Shown here piece by piece: positions 57,820 to 64,000 of a stretch of 64,000 bases of DNA. A program made the position numbers and the translations under genes. Under the pieces are notes generated by a model. The model saw only the letters and a program-made list of their open reading frames with translations. It had not been told where the DNA came from and searched no databases. The DNA comes from Octopus vulgaris (Eukaryota): positions 91,202,001 to 91,266,000 of the forward strand of contig OX597821.1 in assembly GCA_951406725.2 (NCBI GenBank), written 5' to 3'. Each line of letters starts with the position of its first letter. Position 1 is the first letter of the stretch.

Positions 57820-58058
57820 AAAGCTCCATCCGTTTGTGGCTGTTTGCCAGCTCCGTCTGGCACCTGTGTGGGTGGCACGTAAAAAGCACCCACTACACTC
57901 GTGGAGTGGTTGGCGTTAGGAAGGGCATCCAGCCATAGAAACACTGCCAGATCAGACTGGGCCTGATGCAGCCTTCTGGCTTCACAGACCCCAGTTGAAC
58001 CGTCCAACCCATGCTAGCATGGGAAACGGACGCTAAATGATGATGATGATGATGATGA
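57820..58058 (+). mobile_element. Family E repeat
   Basis: GGTTGGCGTTAGGAAGGGCATCCAGCC...GGACGCTAAATGATGATG. Confidence 0.85.
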
Positions 58059-58361
58059 TTCCATAGATAGAGCTCATGGGAATTGCTCATATCCTATGTT
58101 AAATATTGTGTATGTAATTCTCAAAACATTTTAATCAGTAAATATAGTCCAAAGTACTTTTAAATACACATAAAAGCTAACACTTTTTACTGTTGTCTTA
58201 AGATCACATTATCATCTTATAATTAAATTACTTTCAAAACAAACTTCTCATTTTCTTTATATTTTGACAGACACCTTCATCATAACACCAGCTTGGCCTT
58301 CCAATGCGTCTCTTGAGGTTTCTGAGTTTCAACTTGTACAAATAGAAAGCAAAAACCCAAA

Positions 58362-58446
<85 letters not shown>

Positions 58447-58454
58447 TATCATTA

Positions 58455-58612
58455 TTGAGTGAGAGAAATAGTGCATGCCATCAAAGTGAGATTGGGGTAC
58501 AAATATACAAAGACCAATATACCCATCATGACTACCCATCTGATAAGGGTACACCAGGCATATGCACTACAATCATATGTGCACGACATGATGATCTCAT
58601 ATTAAGGTAAAC
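58455..58612 (-). mobile_element. 3' part of (TAA)n-targeted retroposon
   Basis: Matches 11303-11458. Confidence 0.8.
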
Positions 58613-59131
58613 ATGCATTATTATTATTATTATTATTATTTAGTTTTATTATTCATTTTTCTTTAGTAAAATGGCAATTGCTATTTCTGTTTAAAGATGT
58701 AAACTGATGTTCCTGTACATAGTCTAAATAGTACCAAAAAACAAGAAATAGTTTTATTGTCACTAACCACCATCATCATCGAGATAACCACTACTACACC
58801 AGCTACCACTAACAACCATCCAACCAACCAACCAACCAACCAAGAAAATCAACAAAATATCATGAAAATCAACAAAGATAAAATATCTCAATCTGCGATA
58901 ACCCTGCTGAATAAAATTTTCTTCAAAATACAAGAGACCATAGCAAGTACTTATGCAATTATTATTACTTTTACTAAGATTACTAACAAGAACACACATT
59001 TTTCTATCAATTTCAACTCACAAAACTAATAAAAACAAAAGATAAACAGAACACCACTTAAACTTCAGCACAACCACAACTTTTTACACCAGACACAAAA
59101 CTATTGCAATCTCTACTACTACTACTACTAC

Positions 59132-59205
<74 letters not shown>

Positions 59206-59208
59206 GTA

Positions 59209-59262
<54 letters not shown>

Positions 59263-59645
59263 TTTATACTTACAGTGTCGACCATTAGTAACAGCAACCA
59301 ACATTACACAAACAAAAAAATAACAGTAACAGAAACACACAAAAATAATTTTGAAAATAACAAAAAAAAAATACAAAATAAGATATTAGTAGGAAAACTT
59401 AGCAAAAGAAAATTAAAATTAAATAAAAATTTTATAAAAAAACTTCCTGTAAATATTTTTATTCCAAGAATAATTCTCAGTATTTTCTTTTCTTCTTTAT
59501 TTAGGGGAATTCAAATATCCTACTTTTATTATCATTTGTTATGTATGTATATAATGCATACATCTATACATACTTACATGTTTACATATATCACTATAGT
59601 TTTGTATGTGCATATATTAATGAACACATTCATATAAACACACAC

Positions 59646-59705
<60 letters not shown>

Positions 59706-60329
59706 ATATATGCATGTATGCAGGTGTCTTTATATGTGTACATCTGTATCATTATATGTATGATTTTGCATGTGATTGTGTTAGATTTTTGTCTATATTT
59801 CACTTGATAGTGGTCTGTAATATCTATTGAAATGTGTTTCAGCTAAATCGGCAACTTTATTGCCAGAGGTGGGGTTTAGAAATTTATACATAGTGTTTTG
59901 AATATTTCATGATTGTGCACGCATGCGCACGTGTGTGTGTAAGTGTGCAAGTATATGTACATACATATATATATATATGTATATATTTGTATCTATATAT
60001 ATATATATATGTATGTATGTATATGTGTATATTTTCATACATGTATGTGAATGCATCTGTCATTAATCCCATTTCTAAGTGAGGGAGCATTAAAGAAACT
60101 AAAATCATTAATATAAAACAAACAATAACAATATATACAGGAACAGTAATAAATAGCAGTAGTGGTAGCAGCAGAGATGGTAATATTAGTAGTAGTAGCA
60201 ATAAAATCAGAGAAAATATAATGTAATTGGTTATATTCGTCATCTATATAACTTGCAATTGATACATACATAACTACATACATATATATATATATATATA
60301 CATACATATATATATATATATATATATGC

Positions 60330-60370
<41 letters not shown>

Positions 60371-61585
60371 TATATATATATATTCATGTATATATACACA
60401 CACACAAACATGTCTATAAATTCATATAGATGTATATAACTACATATGGGAGTGTGTGTATTCATGTATATAAATATATGTAAGTACATATATATGTGTA
60501 TGTGTGTGCATAATTATGCATGTATATCAATGTGAGTTCAACACACACATTCACACATGCATGCATACACATGTATGCACACACATATACACACAGTGTT
60601 TACATATGACTTGTTGTTATACAGTTGTTGCTGTTTGTTTTGCTTCTCTAATTGAATCTACAAAGAGGGAAAAGAAACTGATATAATGGAAAGAAGGCAA
60701 GGACGGTGGTGAAAGAAGGGGGAAAAGGTGATGTAGATGGCTTTAAATTCGAAAGGCAATGAAGATTATCTAGAAAAAAAAAAACGTGTCTTGGAGAAGT
60801 GATTCCACTAGGGAAATAGGATAATTCTGATGAATTTAAAGATGGCAATTTTTCTTTATTTTTCAGCATTCTTTTATTTTTATAATTTTGTTGTTTTTTT
60901 TTATATTTATTTATATGTTTATATTGTTGAATTTGTGGGGTTTAGGGGTTAACTTTTTTCAAAGTCCAAATATATAGGATAAATAATTGAAAATGTTTTA
61001 TTTATCCTCCTCCTGGGCCCCAAGCCTAATATAATCCTCTTTTACCAGTCCACTGCCAACCTATCCCTATCTACTAAATTATATTTTGTTGAAAGCTTGC
61101 AATCATCTCTGAAAAATTTTAAGAAAATCTTGCGGTATCTATGAATCTGTGATAGGAAAGAAAGCACTTCTTTCCCTTTTACTGCTTAATTCTTTAATCA
61201 TGAATATATATATACTGGCTAGAGTGAAAATGAGCCGGGAAACATTGTTTCGAACTCTTATGTACAAACGATGCTTGCATTTAAAAGAAATATTGACAGG
61301 ATAACAATAACTTCATTTTTAATTGTATGTTTGTGTGTATGCATATAGATGAGTGTGTGTGTATGCAAATATATGTGTGTGTATGTGTGTGTGTTTGTGT
61401 ATGTAATGTTTAAGTATATGTGTGTATATATACATATTTCGTGTTTGGATTTGGTTTGCAAGATTCTTTATGTGAGTTCGTGTGTTGAAACATATACTTT
61501 TGGATTTGGGGACAATCATTTTCTTTTTTGTGCCTTATAAATTAAAACACTCACATACATACATACATGCATTCAGGCATAGGCA

Positions 61586-61621
<36 letters not shown>

Positions 61622-61801
61622 CACACAAACAAACAAAAAGGAAAGCAGTGTAAATAACGGACAGAGTAAAGACTATTGAAAAGGTTGCAAGGCGCAACGA
61701 AACTTTTAGGACAATAAAATTAAGAAATAAGTGGAAATTTCACCAGTAAGAGTGTTAACTTATAAGGCACAAAAAGAAAATGATCCTCCCCAGACACAAC
61801 A

Positions 61802-61852
<51 letters not shown>

Positions 61853-61856
61853 CATT

Positions 61857-61928
<72 letters not shown>

Positions 61929-61941
61929 CATACATACATAT

Positions 61942-61984
<43 letters not shown>

Positions 61985-61988
<4 letters not shown>

Positions 61989-62227
61989 TTCACAATGACC
62001 TTGAAACCATAAGAGTAAACAAGAGAGACAGAGACAGACAAAAACAAGGAAAATGCCCTTGGCGTTTGAATAATATGCAAATATTCTTTTAAAAATACTT
62101 TTCTTTTAATTTTTCCAAAAGTTAATTGTTTTTCATATTTGCAGTTGAAAAAGTCTCAATGACTGAACCCGGTACTGAAATGTTTTTTATAAAATCATTT
62201 TAGCATTTTCTACCTTCACTTTTTACC
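61985..62227 (+). mobile_element. Short HHR-bearing element between (TA)n arrays
   Basis: CAG-TTGAAAA-AGTC-TCAAT-GACT-GAAC-CCGG-TA-CTG at 62142-62177; family of 13878-14129. Confidence 0.75.
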
Positions 62228-62228
62228 A

Positions 62229-62260
<32 letters not shown>

Positions 62261-62324
62261 GATAGATATAGATATAGATATAGATATATATATGTAAGCA
62301 TATAATATGTATATATGATAGGAT

Positions 62325-62405
<81 letters not shown>

Positions 62406-62492
62406 TATTAGAGACAAAACCACTATTTTGCAAAACAAACAAGGAAAGACTTAATCAATACATAAAATTTTAATAAATAGTCAAAAAAACCG

Positions 62493-62535
62493 CCACTACA
62501 ATTATTTCTTGTCTTGATCGACAATCTTCAGGTGG
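62493..62535 (-). ncRNA. Type-I hammerhead ribozyme (mirror copy)
   Basis: Exact reverse complement of 62596-62638. Confidence 0.9.
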
Positions 62536-62595
62536 ACTTCCAATAAGTCAGTTTCAAATTATGACTTCATAATTTGAAACTGACTTATTGGAAGT

Positions 62596-62638
62596 CCACC
62601 TGAAGATTGTCGATCAAGACAAGAAATAATTGTAGTGG
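62596..62638 (+). ncRNA. Type-I hammerhead ribozyme, intact core
   Basis: CCAC-CTGAAGA-TTGTC-GATCAA-GACAA-GAAA-TAATTG-TA-GTGG; predicted cut after GUA at 62634. Confidence 0.92.
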
Positions 62639-62815
62639 CGGTTTTTTTGACTATTTATTAAAATTTTATGTATTGATTAAGTCTTTCCTTGTTTGTGTTG
62701 CAAAATAGTGGTTTTGTCTCTAATAATATTTTATAATATTTTACTATAAAATTGGATTTAATCCTAAATCTGATTTTTTTTCCCTGTAAATTTGGATTTA
62801 TTCCCTAATATTTAT

Positions 62816-62878
<63 letters not shown>

Positions 62879-63037
62879 CTGTATTTTAATGTGCATAAAG
62901 AACCCCTAATTTTGGGGGCTTCAAATTTGGAAAAAGGTTTTGTAAGGGATTATAATACTATCCAAGTATAAGAAGCTCCCATATTTTTTAACCTTATTTT
63001 TGACAAAAAAGCGTTCCTTATACATGTTAAAATATGG
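62879..63037. mobile_element. MITE, second copy of 51581-51758 (opposite orientation)
   Basis: Shared TIRs and internal CCCCCAAAATTAGGGG. Confidence 0.82.
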
Positions 63038-63065
63038 TATATATACATATGTGTGTATGTGTGTG

Positions 63066-63109
<44 letters not shown>

Positions 63110-64000
63110 AATCAGATGAGATCAGTGGAATTGTCAGCATAAATTCTTAGTAGTGTCTTATCTGGATCTTTTTGTTCTCTGTTCAAATCACACTGAGAGA
63201 ATGTTTGCCCTTCATCCTTTTGGGGCTGGTAAAAAAATGTACCAGTCAAGTAATTGAGTTTACGCAATCACCTTGTCATCCCTTCTCAAAATTTGCTGGC
63301 TGTGAACCCTGCAATGGACTGGTATCCAAGGGCCCGGGAACAGGGTGTGCAGCAGGTGCACCTGCACCCCTTAGAATTTTCAGGTGGTGCAAGATCAAAA
63401 TTTGCACCCCTACATAATTTTACCAGTTTCAGAAAATAGTGTCTAAAAAATTATCTGTATAAGATGCTTGAAGTTAGATTTCGTTGCGAAGCAAAAGCAA
63501 AGAACAAAAATAAATAAATAAAAGTGATGAAGCTGGGCTTAAAATTCCCAAGGGAATTTATGACTAACCAACTTCTGAAGCAAAGTAGCTTCAAAATAAA
63601 AAGTATGTAACAACAACAACAGTAGCAGCAAACAACAAGAACAACAATATGACCAGCATCTACGGCTACTCTTCAATACATAGCATTACTTGGATTCTTG
63701 AAGACAGCTCTATTCTGACAAAAATAACTCCAAAATCTTGCAATGCTGAAAATGTGTGAAGGTTCTTATCCTCTCTCAGTCTGTCACCTCTCTCAAGTTC
63801 TTTGAAGCTGATGTTGCTAAAAACTGACGACATGGTTGAATGGATTCGACTGTTTGACCTCAGCCTAAAAATAAAAGCCCTTTAAAAATTCTTTCAGTCA
63901 TATCGGTTTTCTCGTTTAGGTTGTTAGGTCTGAAGTTTGCCAAGGGAACAAAATGATTTATTTTTATCTTTGATATTTAATGCTCATTGTTAAATGCTTT

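Larger units (their letters stand above)
62395..62820. mobile_element. Near-perfect palindromic HHR element in (TA)n (arms 62395-62564 / 62567-62736, 2-nt loop)
   Basis: Centre ATGA-CT-TCAT; about 170 bp arms with very few mismatches; right arm continues to 62820. Confidence 0.92.

Noticed and set aside
63340-63870. Possible hAT transposon end and dimerisation-domain remnant
   Set aside because: No partner TIR in window and protein similarity too weak

Overview
AT-rich, microsatellite-saturated eukaryotic (animal) DNA with no convincing host protein-coding exon. The repeat make-up resembles an octopus/cephalopod intergenic or intronic region (inference from recognised SINE types, not verified). 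Nearly all supplied ORFs are translated microsatellites. Real coding relics are all transposon pseudogenes: a 5'-truncated Penelope-like element (RT + GIY-YIG, 37.9-39.7 kb), several R4/Dong-like RLE LINE pieces, a full-length dead mariner, a Tc1/maT-type deletion derivative, and CR1/RTE 3' ends. Also present are many tRNA-derived SINEs, MITEs and a Helitron-like element. The main unexplained signal is a dense set of about 18 minimal type-I hammerhead ribozyme (HHR) motifs. They belong to several unrelated short non-coding elements that sit in (TA)n/(TAA)n tracts and often form head-to-head palindromes. Three families carry a compensated U3-A8 core, and one element is a tRNA-headed (Pol III) SINE-like unit with an HHR and a Penelope-style inverted duplication. 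All motifs were read by eye and coordinates of degenerate elements are approximate.
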